The notes beneath the pieces are model-generated. The model was not told where the DNA came from. It did not search any database and worked only from the letters and a program-made list of their open reading frames with translations. From an uncultured Anaerolinea sp. (GTDB taxonomy: Bacteria; Chloroflexota; Anaerolineae; Anaerolineales; UBA4823), in NCBI GenBank assembly GCA_964503145.1, contig CAZCYV010000015.1:20378-84377 (forward strand): a DNA stretch of 64,000 nt, in the 5' to 3' direction. Below are positions 39,404-47,691 of the stretch, piece after piece (position 1 is the first letter of the stretch; each line of letters opens with the position of its first letter). The translations under genes and the position numbers were made by a program.

Positions 39404-39777
39404 CAGGGTTTGTCCTTTCCTGGACCACTCCAGCCAAAAAGGTTAAGGTCGATCCGCTCACGGTTATCGAAGACCACGCCTTCGGCCTCTAACAGCTGCC
39501 GCTGGTGGGTTTCGCTGCCGCCGCGCAGGCTTATCTTTCCCTGGGCGTTGACCACACGTTGCCAGGGGACGCCTTCGGGGCAAGCGGCCATGGCGCCACC
39601 CACCCAGCGCGCGCCGAAAGCGCGATAATCCTGCTCAGAGACGCCAGGAGGCGCGCCGACCCAGGAGGCTATCTGGCCATAGGTAGCGACTTTGCCGGCG
39701 GGGATTTGCCGGGTGATTTCCCAAACCCGCGCCCGGAATTCATGCGGGTTGGGAGGAGAAGTAAAACCGGGAGACAT
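39403..39777 (-). CDS. Alkyltransferase-like protein (MGMT-fold DNA-binding domain, active-site Cys replaced by Trp)
   Basis: IPAGKVATYGQIA... and GVPWQRVVNAQGKIS, where MGMT/Ogt has PCHRVV. Its stop overlaps the tag start as TGATG. Confidence 0.8.
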   Translation of the reverse strand: MSPGFTSPPNPHEFRARVWEITRQIPAGKVATYGQIASWVGAPPGVSEQDYRAFGARWVGGAMAACPEGVPWQRVVNAQGKISLRGGSETHQRQLLEAEGVVFDNRERIDLNLFGWSGPGKDKP

Positions 39778-39814
39778 CTATACTCTCTCCTGTAATAGGT
39801 GACCATCATATGCA

Positions 39815-39843
39815 ACTATAACACGAACGTATGTTCGGCGCAA
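39815..39843 (-). promoter_or_regulatory. Sigma-70-type promoter with embedded LexA (Cheo/SOS) box
   Basis: The minus strand reads TTGCGC-cgaacatacgttcgtgt-TATAGT (17-nt spacer). The spacer contains the perfect palindrome CGAACGTATGTTCG (39824..39837) = CGAAC-N4-GTTCG. It lies 38 nt upstream of the ATL gene ATG, which has a GGAGAG SD. Confidence 0.6.
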
Positions 39844-39996
39844 GGATCGAATAGGCGCTTGGGTAAGGTGCACGCATCTAATTCTCCTTCAGACAAAAAT
39901 GGGCGGCATGGCTTATCCTCAGCGCTCACAAGGTTCTGGCCGGTCTGCCCCAGATGGAAAATTAAGATGCGTTTGCCTCAGAACAATCCATCTGAT

Positions 39997-40024
39997 AAAA
40001 AAACCCCGCCGGCGGGGTTTTTTC
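39997..40024. terminator. Bidirectional rho-independent terminator
   Basis: AAAAAAA-CCCCGCC/GGCGGGG-TTTTTTT, immediately 3' of the minus-strand tRNA. Confidence 0.7.
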
Positions 40025-40027
40025 AGG

Positions 40028-40100
40028 TGGACCTGAGGGGATTCGAACCCCTGACCTCCTCAGTGCGATTGAGGCGCGCTCCCAACTGCGCTACAGGCCC
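40028..40100 (-). tRNA. tRNA-Ala (anticodon CGC)
   Basis: Reverse complement is GGGCCTG TA GCGC AGTTGGGA GCGC G CCTCA ATCGCAC TGAGG AGGTC AGGGG TTCGAAT CCCCT CAGGTCC A. It forms a cloverleaf with the G3:U70 Ala identity pair. CC (not CCA) follows in the genome. Confidence 0.93.
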
Positions 40101-40117
40101 TCTCCAAGAGCGGATGA

Positions 40118-40146
40118 ATTGTATCCCTCACTCACAGGAATGTCAA
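40118..40146 (-). promoter_or_regulatory. Promoter of tRNA-Ala(CGC)
   Basis: The minus strand reads TTGACA-17 nt-TACAAT, ending 17 nt before the tRNA 5' end. Confidence 0.6.
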
Positions 40147-40187
40147 GCAATCGGCCGCACCCGCCGTGCCACGTTCGGCTACGTGGA

Positions 40188-40877
40188 TCAGTGCCCCATT
40201 GGCAACACCTGCCTGCACTGTGGGTAATTCGGACAACCATAAAACTGCTTGCCCTGATGCTCGCCGCTCTTTACAGTGCGTATCACCATTGGCACACCAC
40301 ACTTAGGACACAAGGGCGCCAATGACGAAGATGCAGGTCGAGATGATCTAGCTGGCTGGGGCGCAGATGCCGGCATGTCTATATACTGCACTAATCGCTC
40401 CGCGATCTCGTTGGGATTATAGCCTGATCGGGCCGAAAATCGCACCAATGGCAATCCAGCCGCTTCGAACACCTGATCTATGAACTCATCCCGCATCTGT
40501 CGATCCGGGCGCGAATGGCTGCTATCGTCCAGTTCGACCCCGACCAACGGGCGCATTGTGCCGGGCTGGCACACCAGAAAATCAACGTGTTTTTGAGCGA
40601 TCCGTCCACGGTAAGACGCGTTTTCATTGGGGCGGACAACAAAGAATACATCGATCAAATTCACTTTTGGACAGACAATCGCCCGATTGCCGATCGCCGT
40701 GTTCAGGACTTGATAAAAAGATCTTTCAGCAGGTGATAAGAAATCATCACGCACCCGATAGGGGAGTTGATCGACTCGGCTCTGCTGAAATGTTGTTCCA
40801 CCAGGTGCCCCAAGTTTAATACCAAACCAACTTAACACTGTGGCAAGGCAGCCCGGGTTTTGTTCGCTAGATTTCAT
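40188..40877 (-). CDS. DUF2726 (endonuclease-like) domain protein with C-terminal topoisomerase-type C4 zinc finger
   Basis: FLSPAERSFYQVL...VNLIDVF...KHVDFLVC...GVELDDSSH (DUF2726-like core). The C-terminus is CPKCGVPMVIRTVKSGEHQGKQFYGCPNYPQC. Confidence 0.7.
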   Translation of the reverse strand: MKSSEQNPGCLATVLSWFGIKLGAPGGTTFQQSRVDQLPYRVRDDFLSPAERSFYQVLNTAIGNRAIVCPKVNLIDVFFVVRPNENASYRGRIAQKHVDFLVCQPGTMRPLVGVELDDSSHSRPDRQMRDEFIDQVFEAAGLPLVRFSARSGYNPNEIAERLVQYIDMPASAPQPARSSRPASSSLAPLCPKCGVPMVIRTVKSGEHQGKQFYGCPNYPQCRQVLPMGH

Positions 40878-41568
40878 CAGTGACTCTCCATGGGCAGATC
40901 AGTTTGCCGGTTGCCAGCGCCTCCTGTTCCACGGTCTGCGCCAGCCGCTGACGCTCCGCCTGCGCCGTCTCCAGAAGCTGCAGTGTGTAACGCCAGACAT
41001 TCTCGCGCCAGCGCGCCAGCAGCGCCGAGATCAGCTTCTCGTCCAGCGGGCCGCACAGCCGATCGATCAGATCCATCACCGGCATCGCCGGCTCCAGCAC
41101 CTGATCCTGCACCGCGTCCACCGTGCGGGCGATGATCTCGTTCACCCGGCGGTAATCGGCGTAGCGAGCAGCGCGCCGCTCTGGAGGGAGATCGCGCCAT
41201 TCCGGCTGCAGCATATCCGCCGTCGAAAACACCAGATCGTAATTGATGTGGGCGTTGACGCCGATGAGCAGCTTCTGCAGCGCAGTGCTGCGCGGGTCGC
41301 CGGCCAGCCGGTGAGCCTGCTGCCAGACGCGCGGCGCCGAAGCAGGATCCCGATCGTAAGCCTCCAGGGCGACGAAATAATAGGTGGCGAAATGGTCCAC
41401 CAGACCATCCACCCACAGGGGATCGAAAAATTCACCCTGACGGGCGGCAGCGCGCATGTTGCAGGTCATCAGGTAGTAGCAATCCAGGAAGATGGCGCGC
41501 GGGTCGGCGGCGGGTTTCCATTGCTGGAGCAGGGATTGCATGCGTTGCAGGGTGGTATCGTGGGTCAT
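40867..41568 (-). CDS. Hypothetical helical protein (DUF5995-like)
   Basis: ATG at 41568 (MTHDTTLQRM...). The listed ORF starts at a TTG at 41580. FLDCYYLMTCNMRAA...HFATYYFVALEAY fits my recollection of DUF5995. Weak. Confidence 0.55.
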   Translation of the reverse strand: MTHDTTLQRMQSLLQQWKPAADPRAIFLDCYYLMTCNMRAAARQGEFFDPLWVDGLVDHFATYYFVALEAYDRDPASAPRVWQQAHRLAGDPRSTALQKLLIGVNAHINYDLVFSTADMLQPEWRDLPPERRAARYADYRRVNEIIARTVDAVQDQVLEPAMPVMDLIDRLCGPLDEKLISALLARWRENVWRYTLQLLETAQAERQRLAQTVEQEALATGKLICPWRVTDEI

Positions 41569-41576
41569 ATGACAGC

Positions 41577-44500
41577 TCAATCTTTGCTCAGGGCATAGAA
41601 ATACAGCCCTGGCAGGATGGGGTTGCTGTACCAGCCGCGCACCCAGCGCTGCTGATAGCGCCGTCCCAGCGACTGGTACATCAGGATTACTGGCGCCTGC
41701 TCGTAGAACAAGCGGTTGAACTCGGCGTAGACCTGTGTCCGCCGCGCCGGGTCTTGCTCGGCTACGCCGCGGTCGATGATCTCTTTAAAGCGCCGGGTGA
41801 GGTCTGCTGGCAAGTTGAGTTGGCTGCCGAAATTGACCAGGGTATAGGGGACAACCCAGTTATGCGGGTCATGGATGTCCTCGATCCAACTGCCGGTGTA
41901 AATCGGCAGGCGGTCTTCGGCGTAGCGATTCCAATAGTCGTCGCTTTCCAGCGCCGCCGCCTCGACTTTGAACTTCGGGTTCAGCCGGGTCAGTTCGCGC
42001 TGGAAGATCTCGGCGATCTTCTGGCGGGGCAGGCTCCCCTGGGGATAAGGCAGTTTGAGGGCGAAGCCAACGTCCCAGACGCTCGGCCCGCCAAAGCTGG
42101 CCTGGCGAAATTCATCCTGGCAGCGCGCCGGGTCATACTCGTAATGCGGCGCGTCAGCCTCATAGCCGATCATCCCCGGCAACATCACTGTGAACGAACG
42201 CTCCCCCTCGCCTAACATGACCTCCTGCAGGTAACTCTCATAATAGAAGCAGAACTGGAACGCCCGGCGCACGTGAATATTGGAGAAGAACTCTGGCGGG
42301 ACGCCCTTACCGTCCAGTTTGGCGCTGCCGATCAGGTCGTTGCCATCGCGGGCGTTGATCTGCCAGTTCATGAAGATGTCGTAGTCGCGGCTGGCGACGG
42401 GAAAGCCTCGGATTACCTCCAGCGGCCCCAGCAGGTTGCTGCTAAACTGGCATTGTTGATCACTGAGCTGGCAGACCGCGCTGGTCAGGCGGTCCAACTC
42501 AGGCCATTCGGTGTTGTTGGCAGTATGGATCGAGTCGGTCTCGCCGTTGCGCAATGCCGCCAGGCGGGCGTCGAACTCCCGCTGATAGCGAATGACCACC
42601 GTCTTCAGCGCTGGAGCGCCCACTGGCCCGTCAGGCCAGGCAGGTTCGCGGCGCCAGTAACTCTCGTTGGCCTTCAGCACGATCTGTTCCCCCGGCGTCC
42701 AGTTTTCCAGGCGATAGGGGCCGGTGCCCATCGCCCCGGCACCCAGCGGGGTCTTGTTTAAATCCGCGGCGCTGCGTCCGTAATAGTTCTGCCAGGTAGC
42801 GCAGTCGCCATCCCAGCCGCCGTTGGCGATTGTCCAGGCCTTGGAGCGGATGCTGCCCCAGCCATTCGCCAGAGTGACCAGAAATGGCGCCCAGGGTTGC
42901 GCCAGACGGAAGATCACCACCCCGCTGGCGGGATCGGCGTAGATGGCCTGCTGCAGCCGCTGGCACACCTGCAGTAGCCGCCCGGGATCGGCTTTCTTCA
43001 GCCCGGCGGGGTCGTCTATCAGCGCCGGATCGATCAGCGCCGCCACGTCGTATACCCCCACCCCAAAGATCGGCTCGGTCAGCAGCCACATCGGCGAATG
43101 CGATCCGCCCTGCAGGATGTTGCGCTGGAAGGTGTAAACCACGTCCTGAGGAGTCAACGGGCTGCCGTCGTGGAAAGTCACCCCGGGGCGGATCTTGAAG
43201 GTGTAGGTCAGACCATCTGCCGAGATGCCGCCGTTCTCGCGGCTGGGCACTTCCAACGCAAGCTGAGGCACGAGCCGGTTGGGATCATCCCGATAAAAGA
43301 AGACCAGGGTATCGTAAACGTTTTGGATGATCTGTAGCCCCGAAACCTCATAATCCAGCGCCGGGTCCAGTGTGTCTGGCTCGCCGGTATTGATATGCAC
43401 GTAGGTATGCGGGTCTTTGGAATGCACCACCGGTAACGTCGGGATGGGGGTGTTCGTTGGCGGGGCAGGCGGCAGCTGTGTGGAAACAGCGGGCGTCTCG
43501 CTGATTTGCAGACCCAGCGACTGCGGGGTGGTCGCCGCCGGCGGGGTCGGCGTCCCGTCCCCGCGCAGGCCGAGCAACGCCAGCGTCCCGCCCCCCAGGG
43601 TGAGACACAGGATCGCCAGCACCGCTACGCCTCCCAATCCGATCCATAGCCAGGGCGGGCGACGGGCGGCAGCTTTCGGAGCGGTTACAGGCCGGGAGAC
43701 TGGCGGCGCGACCTCCCTCACCGCTGCTGCCGAAATCGCCGCCGGACTGGGCGAAACCAGCACCGGCGCGGCCGCCGAAGGCAGGCACGCCTGCAGCGCA
43801 TCTTTGAACTCGGCCACGCTCTGAAAGCGCTGCGCCGGGTCAAGCGCCAGGGCTTTCTCGATGGCTAGCCCCAGGCGCGGCGGCAGGCGCGGGTTGAGCT
43901 GCCCTGGCGGCTTCAACTGCTCGCCTGCGGCGCGCTGCACGCTCTCCAATGGCTCTTTCCGGGTGACCAACTTGTACAGGGTGGCTCCCAGGGCATAGAT
44001 GTCGGAGCGAGCGTCGGTGCGCCCCAGCCCGTACTGCTCCGGCGGCGCGTAGCCCGGGGTGAGCGCCCGCGCCCCCAGGGTGGTCTTCAGCGTCGGGTCG
44101 GCCATCTTCACCAGGCCGAAATCCACCAGCATCGCTTTGCCTTCGGGGGTGATGCGGATGTTGGAAGGCTTGATATCGCGGTGCAGCACGGGCGGCTGGC
44201 GGTTATGCATATAGATCAGCGCATCGGCTACCTGCAGCATCCACCCCAGGCACTGCTCCAGCGGCAGCGCCTCGCTCCGGCGCAGCAGCGAAGCCAGGTC
44301 TTCCCCCTCCACGAAGTCCATCACCAGGTACTGCCCCTGGTCGGGGATCGAGAAATGGTCTGTCACCCGCGGCAGGTTGGGGTGCGAAAGGTTCGCCAGC
44401 ACCGTCGCCTCGCGGGCGAACTGGCGCCGCGCCTCGGCGGAGGTGTTCAGGTTCTCTTTGACCGCGCAGGGGCGCTGAAGGTTGATGTCCCAGGCTTTGT

Positions 44501-44723
44501 ACACCGCGCCAAAGCCGCCCCGCCCCAGCTCGCGCTCGATGCGGTAGCGCCCCAACAGCGTCTTGCCTGCCTGGGTGACAGCGGCGGCAGGCTGCTCGTC
44601 ATCATTCAGGGCTTGCGGCCCGTTGCGGGGGGCGCTGCCCAGCAGTGGATAGCCACACTCGTTGCAGAAACGAGCGTCGCTGCGGTTCGGCGCGTGACAT
44701 TCGGGGCACAGGATCTCGCTCAT
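41577..44723 (-). CDS. Ser/Thr protein kinase with N-terminal zinc ribbon, TM, and extracellular family-5 solute-binding domain
   Basis: ATG at 44723. CPECHAPNRSDARFCNECG. Kinase motifs GRGGFGAVYKA, AVKE, HRDIKPSNI, DFG, PPEQ. TM segment WLWIGLGGVAVLAILCLTLGGG. SBP_bac_5-like block DTLDPALDYEVSGLQIIQNVYDTLVFF...DGLTYTFKIRPGVTFHDGSPLTPQDVVYTFQR. Confidence 0.85.
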   Translation of the reverse strand: MSEILCPECHAPNRSDARFCNECGYPLLGSAPRNGPQALNDDEQPAAAVTQAGKTLLGRYRIERELGRGGFGAVYKAWDINLQRPCAVKENLNTSAEARRQFAREATVLANLSHPNLPRVTDHFSIPDQGQYLVMDFVEGEDLASLLRRSEALPLEQCLGWMLQVADALIYMHNRQPPVLHRDIKPSNIRITPEGKAMLVDFGLVKMADPTLKTTLGARALTPGYAPPEQYGLGRTDARSDIYALGATLYKLVTRKEPLESVQRAAGEQLKPPGQLNPRLPPRLGLAIEKALALDPAQRFQSVAEFKDALQACLPSAAAPVLVSPSPAAISAAAVREVAPPVSRPVTAPKAAARRPPWLWIGLGGVAVLAILCLTLGGGTLALLGLRGDGTPTPPAATTPQSLGLQISETPAVSTQLPPAPPTNTPIPTLPVVHSKDPHTYVHINTGEPDTLDPALDYEVSGLQIIQNVYDTLVFFYRDDPNRLVPQLALEVPSRENGGISADGLTYTFKIRPGVTFHDGSPLTPQDVVYTFQRNILQGGSHSPMWLLTEPIFGVGVYDVAALIDPALIDDPAGLKKADPGRLLQVCQRLQQAIYADPASGVVIFRLAQPWAPFLVTLANGWGSIRSKAWTIANGGWDGDCATWQNYYGRSAADLNKTPLGAGAMGTGPYRLENWTPGEQIVLKANESYWRREPAWPDGPVGAPALKTVVIRYQREFDARLAALRNGETDSIHTANNTEWPELDRLTSAVCQLSDQQCQFSSNLLGPLEVIRGFPVASRDYDIFMNWQINARDGNDLIGSAKLDGKGVPPEFFSNIHVRRAFQFCFYYESYLQEVMLGEGERSFTVMLPGMIGYEADAPHYEYDPARCQDEFRQASFGGPSVWDVGFALKLPYPQGSLPRQKIAEIFQRELTRLNPKFKVEAAALESDDYWNRYAEDRLPIYTGSWIEDIHDPHNWVVPYTLVNFGSQLNLPADLTRRFKEIIDRGVAEQDPARRTQVYAEFNRLFYEQAPVILMYQSLGRRYQQRWVRGWYSNPILPGLYFYALSKD

Positions 44724-44764
44724 CCGGTTTCTTCCGAGTCGCCCTCCAACCGCGCGTCTGCGCC

Positions 44765-45424
44765 TCAATTCGTCGAGAAAGGCAGGTCGCCGTCCCGCCC
44801 CTCCCGCGAAAGGAAGGCTTCGAGCAAGGCCTGCTCACGGCGGTAAATCTCCAGCACGCGCGCCACCATCTCCTCGGCGTGCACCAATTGCAACAGTTGC
44901 TGCTTCTGGTCGGCGCTGATCTGCAGCACCGACGCTGCCAGATAAGCCAGCTCCAGCGGATCTTCGGGCAGGCGAGACTCATCCAGCGACTTGCCCATGG
45001 CCGTCAACTGGGTCTGCATCAGCCGGATTACCTGGCGGCGCAATTCGCTGCCCTGGCGCGCCAGTTCAGCGCGGTCGCTGACCTCGATGGGGAACGGCTG
45101 CACCTGGCCGACCAGGTAGGGGAAAGCCCGGCTGTCCAAAGACAGGATGCGGAAGCGCTCCTGGCCGATGGCGACGATGTTCATTCGCCCCTCTTCCAGC
45201 GGCTGGACGTTGATGATCGCCGCGGTGCAGCCCACGGTATGCGGCTCGGCCAGCGGCCCCAGCGCCTCGGCCCCGCGGCGGATGAGCACCACGCCGAACG
45301 GCCAGCGCTCATTCAAACACATGCCGATCATGCGCTTGTAGCGCTCCTCGAAAATGTGTAAGTGGATCGGCGCGCCGGGGAAGAGCACGGTGTTGAGCGG
45401 GAATAATGGCAATTCTGTCAGCAT
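44765..45424 (-). CDS. LON substrate-binding (LonN) domain-only protein
   Basis: ATG at 45424. LPLFPLNTVLFPGAPIHLHIFEERYKRMI is the canonical Lon N-terminal motif. No AAA+ or protease part. Confidence 0.8.
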   Translation of the reverse strand: MLTELPLFPLNTVLFPGAPIHLHIFEERYKRMIGMCLNERWPFGVVLIRRGAEALGPLAEPHTVGCTAAIINVQPLEEGRMNIVAIGQERFRILSLDSRAFPYLVGQVQPFPIEVSDRAELARQGSELRRQVIRLMQTQLTAMGKSLDESRLPEDPLELAYLAASVLQISADQKQQLLQLVHAEEMVARVLEIYRREQALLEAFLSREGRDGDLPFSTN

Positions 45425-45648
45425 GATATGCTTAATTCTAGCATAAACACGCCGCCTTGGGCATCCAATCATGCCCCCAACGGTTAAACTTCACACGTAA
45501 GGCACTCCAGGCTGATCGCCTTCAACGGCGTGGCGTAAAGAAGCTTATCCTGATCGCTATGCCACTTTTACGGAACAAAATGCGCATTTGGGTTAAAATT
45601 AGGGTGAGCAGATCCATACCCACATCCACCTCGAGCGGAGGATCAGGA

Positions 45649-46776
45649 ATGAACGACTCTCCCCTGCTATACGCCACCCGCCACGCCCGCCTGGCCGAAG
45701 CGCTGAACCAGAACCAACTGGACGCGCTGGCGCTCAACCCCGGGCCCACGCTGACGTACCTGACCGGCCTGCGCTTCCACCTGATGGAGCGCCCGGTGAC
45801 GGCGCTGTTCAGCCTCGGGAGGCCGCCCACCCTGGTCCTGCCGGAACTCGAGACGGCCAAATTGGACGATCTGCCCTTCATCATCCAGGCCTTTCCCTAC
45901 GGCGAAGACCCGGCCAGATGGCCGGCGGTCTTCGAGCAGGCGGCGCAGGCGGCTGGCTTCAACGGGCGCAAAGTGGGAGTCGAGCCGACGCGCATGCGCC
46001 TGCTGGAGTATCAGTACCTGAAGCGCGCCGCTCCCCAGACGCGCTTCGTCCACGCTGACGAAGCCCTGGCGCAGTTGCGCATCCGCAAAGATGCAGGCGA
46101 GATCGCCGCCATGCGCAAAGCCGTGGATATCGCCCAGCGCGCCTTGCAGGCCACCTTGCCCTTCATTCGCCCTGGGGTAACTGAAAAGCAGATCGCTGCA
46201 GAGTTGACCATCCAGCTTCTGCGCGCCGGCTCCGAGCCGGAATTCCCCTTCTCGCCAATCGTTTCGGGCGGACCCAACAGCGCCAACCCCCACGCTGTCC
46301 CCACCGAGCGCCCACTGCGGCCCGGCGATCTGCTGGTGATCGACTGGGGCGCCATCTACGAGGGTTACGTCTCCGACCTGACCCGCACCTTCGCCATCGG
46401 CCAGGTGGACGGCGAACTGGCGCACATCGCCCATGTCGTTGCCCAGGCCAACCAGGCCGGGCGCGAGGCCGCCGGGCCTGAAGTGGCCGCCGAAGAGGTC
46501 GATCGGGCAGCGCGGCGGGTCATCGCTCAGGCCGGCTACGGCCCCTGCTTCATCCACCGCACCGGCCACGGCCTGGGCATGGAGGGCCACGAGCCGCCCT
46601 ACATCCGCGAAGGCAACGCTCAGCTGCTGCAGCCGGGCATGACCTTCACCGTGGAGCCAGGCATCTACCTGCCCGGGCGGGGCGGCGTGCGCATCGAAGA
46701 TGATGTCGTTATCACCGCCGAGGGCGCTGAAAGCCTGAGCGACCTGCCGCGTGAATTGATCATCCTGCCCGCCTGA
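45649..46776 (+). CDS. M24B Xaa-Pro aminopeptidase/dipeptidase
   Basis: ATG at 45649 after GGAGGA. Metal ligand blocks DWGAIYEGYVSDLTRT, HRTGHGLGMEGHE, FTVEPGIY, IEDDV. Confidence 0.9.
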   Translation: MNDSPLLYATRHARLAEALNQNQLDALALNPGPTLTYLTGLRFHLMERPVTALFSLGRPPTLVLPELETAKLDDLPFIIQAFPYGEDPARWPAVFEQAAQAAGFNGRKVGVEPTRMRLLEYQYLKRAAPQTRFVHADEALAQLRIRKDAGEIAAMRKAVDIAQRALQATLPFIRPGVTEKQIAAELTIQLLRAGSEPEFPFSPIVSGGPNSANPHAVPTERPLRPGDLLVIDWGAIYEGYVSDLTRTFAIGQVDGELAHIAHVVAQANQAGREAAGPEVAAEEVDRAARRVIAQAGYGPCFIHRTGHGLGMEGHEPPYIREGNAQLLQPGMTFTVEPGIYLPGRGGVRIEDDVVITAEGAESLSDLPRELIILPA

Positions 46777-46794
46777 GACGACCCCGACATTGGC

Positions 46795-46899
46795 ATGAGC
46801 CTGCTGCTGCTCATCCTGTGCTGCCTGGGGAGCCTGCTGGCGCTGGCGGTTGCCGTCCTCGCCATCTGGGTGTTCCACGGGCGCAATTCCGATTCGTGA
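46795..46899 (+). CDS. Unlisted 34-aa hydrophobic micro-ORF (MSLLLLILCCLGSLLALAVAVLAIWVFHGRNSDS)
   Basis: ATG..TGA read directly. It is below the ORF-track length cutoff. About 90% G/C at third positions, like neighbouring genes. One clear TM helix followed by a basic/polar tail. Confidence 0.4.
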   Translation: MSLLLLILCCLGSLLALAVAVLAIWVFHGRNSDS

Positions 46900-46908
46900 G
46901 GCCTCCCG

Positions 46909-47691
46909 ATGAACCCACCCTTCCTGATCCCCACCGCTGAACCGTTCTTCTTCCCCGGCGACGAGATCGGCTGCCTGCTCGTCCACGGATTCACCGGCAC
47001 ACCCAAAGAAATGCGTTGGCTGGGCGAGTACCTGGCGCAGCGCGGGCGCACTGTGTTGGGGATTCGCCTGATGGGGCACGCCACCCGCCCCGAGGATATG
47101 CTGCGCGCCCGCTGGCAGGACTGGCTGGCAAATGTGGAGGACGGCTGGCACCTCCTTTCTAACTGCACCAGGCGCATCTTCGTCATCGGCCTGTCGATGG
47201 GCGGGATGCTGGCGCTGCGTTTCGCCGCCGGATTCCCGGTCGCCGGGGTCGTCGCCATGTCCACCCTAAATCACCTGCCACCCGATTGGCGGCTGCCGTA
47301 TATCGAATGGCTGAGCCTGGTGCAGCCTAAAGTTGCCAAAGCGCCTTCGGACTGGCATGACCGTCAGGCGGAGAGCGTCCATGTATCCTACCCAGACTAC
47401 TCCACCCGCGCCATCGGTGAGCTGCGCGATCTGCTGGCGGAGATGCGCGCCGCCCTGCCCCAGGTGACCGCCCCGACCCTGCTGATCTATTCGCGGGAAG
47501 ACAGCGCCGTACGGCCGCAGGATGGACACGCTGAGCAGATCTACGCCGCCCTGGGCAGCGCCGACAAGCGCCTGGTGTGGGTCGAAGGCAGCGGCCATGT
47601 GATCACCCGCGACGCGGCGCGAGGAGAAGTCTTCCAGCATATATCCAGTTTTGTGGACGAAGTCGCCAATACTCCCCCGGAGGCTGCGTGA
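46909..47691 (+). CDS. Alpha/beta hydrolase (carboxylesterase/monoacylglycerol-lipase-like)
   Basis: CLLVHGFTGTP, GLSMGG (GxSxG), C-terminal SGHVIT (His). Confidence 0.8.
   Translation: MNPPFLIPTAEPFFFPGDEIGCLLVHGFTGTPKEMRWLGEYLAQRGRTVLGIRLMGHATRPEDMLRARWQDWLANVEDGWHLLSNCTRRIFVIGLSMGGMLALRFAAGFPVAGVVAMSTLNHLPPDWRLPYIEWLSLVQPKVAKAPSDWHDRQAESVHVSYPDYSTRAIGELRDLLAEMRAALPQVTAPTLLIYSREDSAVRPQDGHAEQIYAALGSADKRLVWVEGSGHVITRDAARGEVFQHISSFVDEVANTPPEAA

Noticed and set aside
39952-39985. About 28-nt similar motif GGAAAA(A)TTA(A)GATGCGTTTG(C/T)CC near both tRNA-Ala genes, with the second copy at 49843..49870. I considered att-like direct repeats bracketing a 9.9-kb island.
   Set aside because: Only an 11-nt core is exact, and hundreds of chance 11-mer matches are expected in 64 kb. 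The flanks need indels. The repeats do not include tRNA 3' sequence. There is no integrase or recombinase between them. The two tRNAs differ in anticodon and face outward.
39799-40227. ORFs 39799..40227(+) and 49726..50103(-), which span the tRNA-Ala genes.
   Set aside because: They read straight through clear cloverleaf tRNAs, a terminator and promoters. They are artefacts of six-frame translation.
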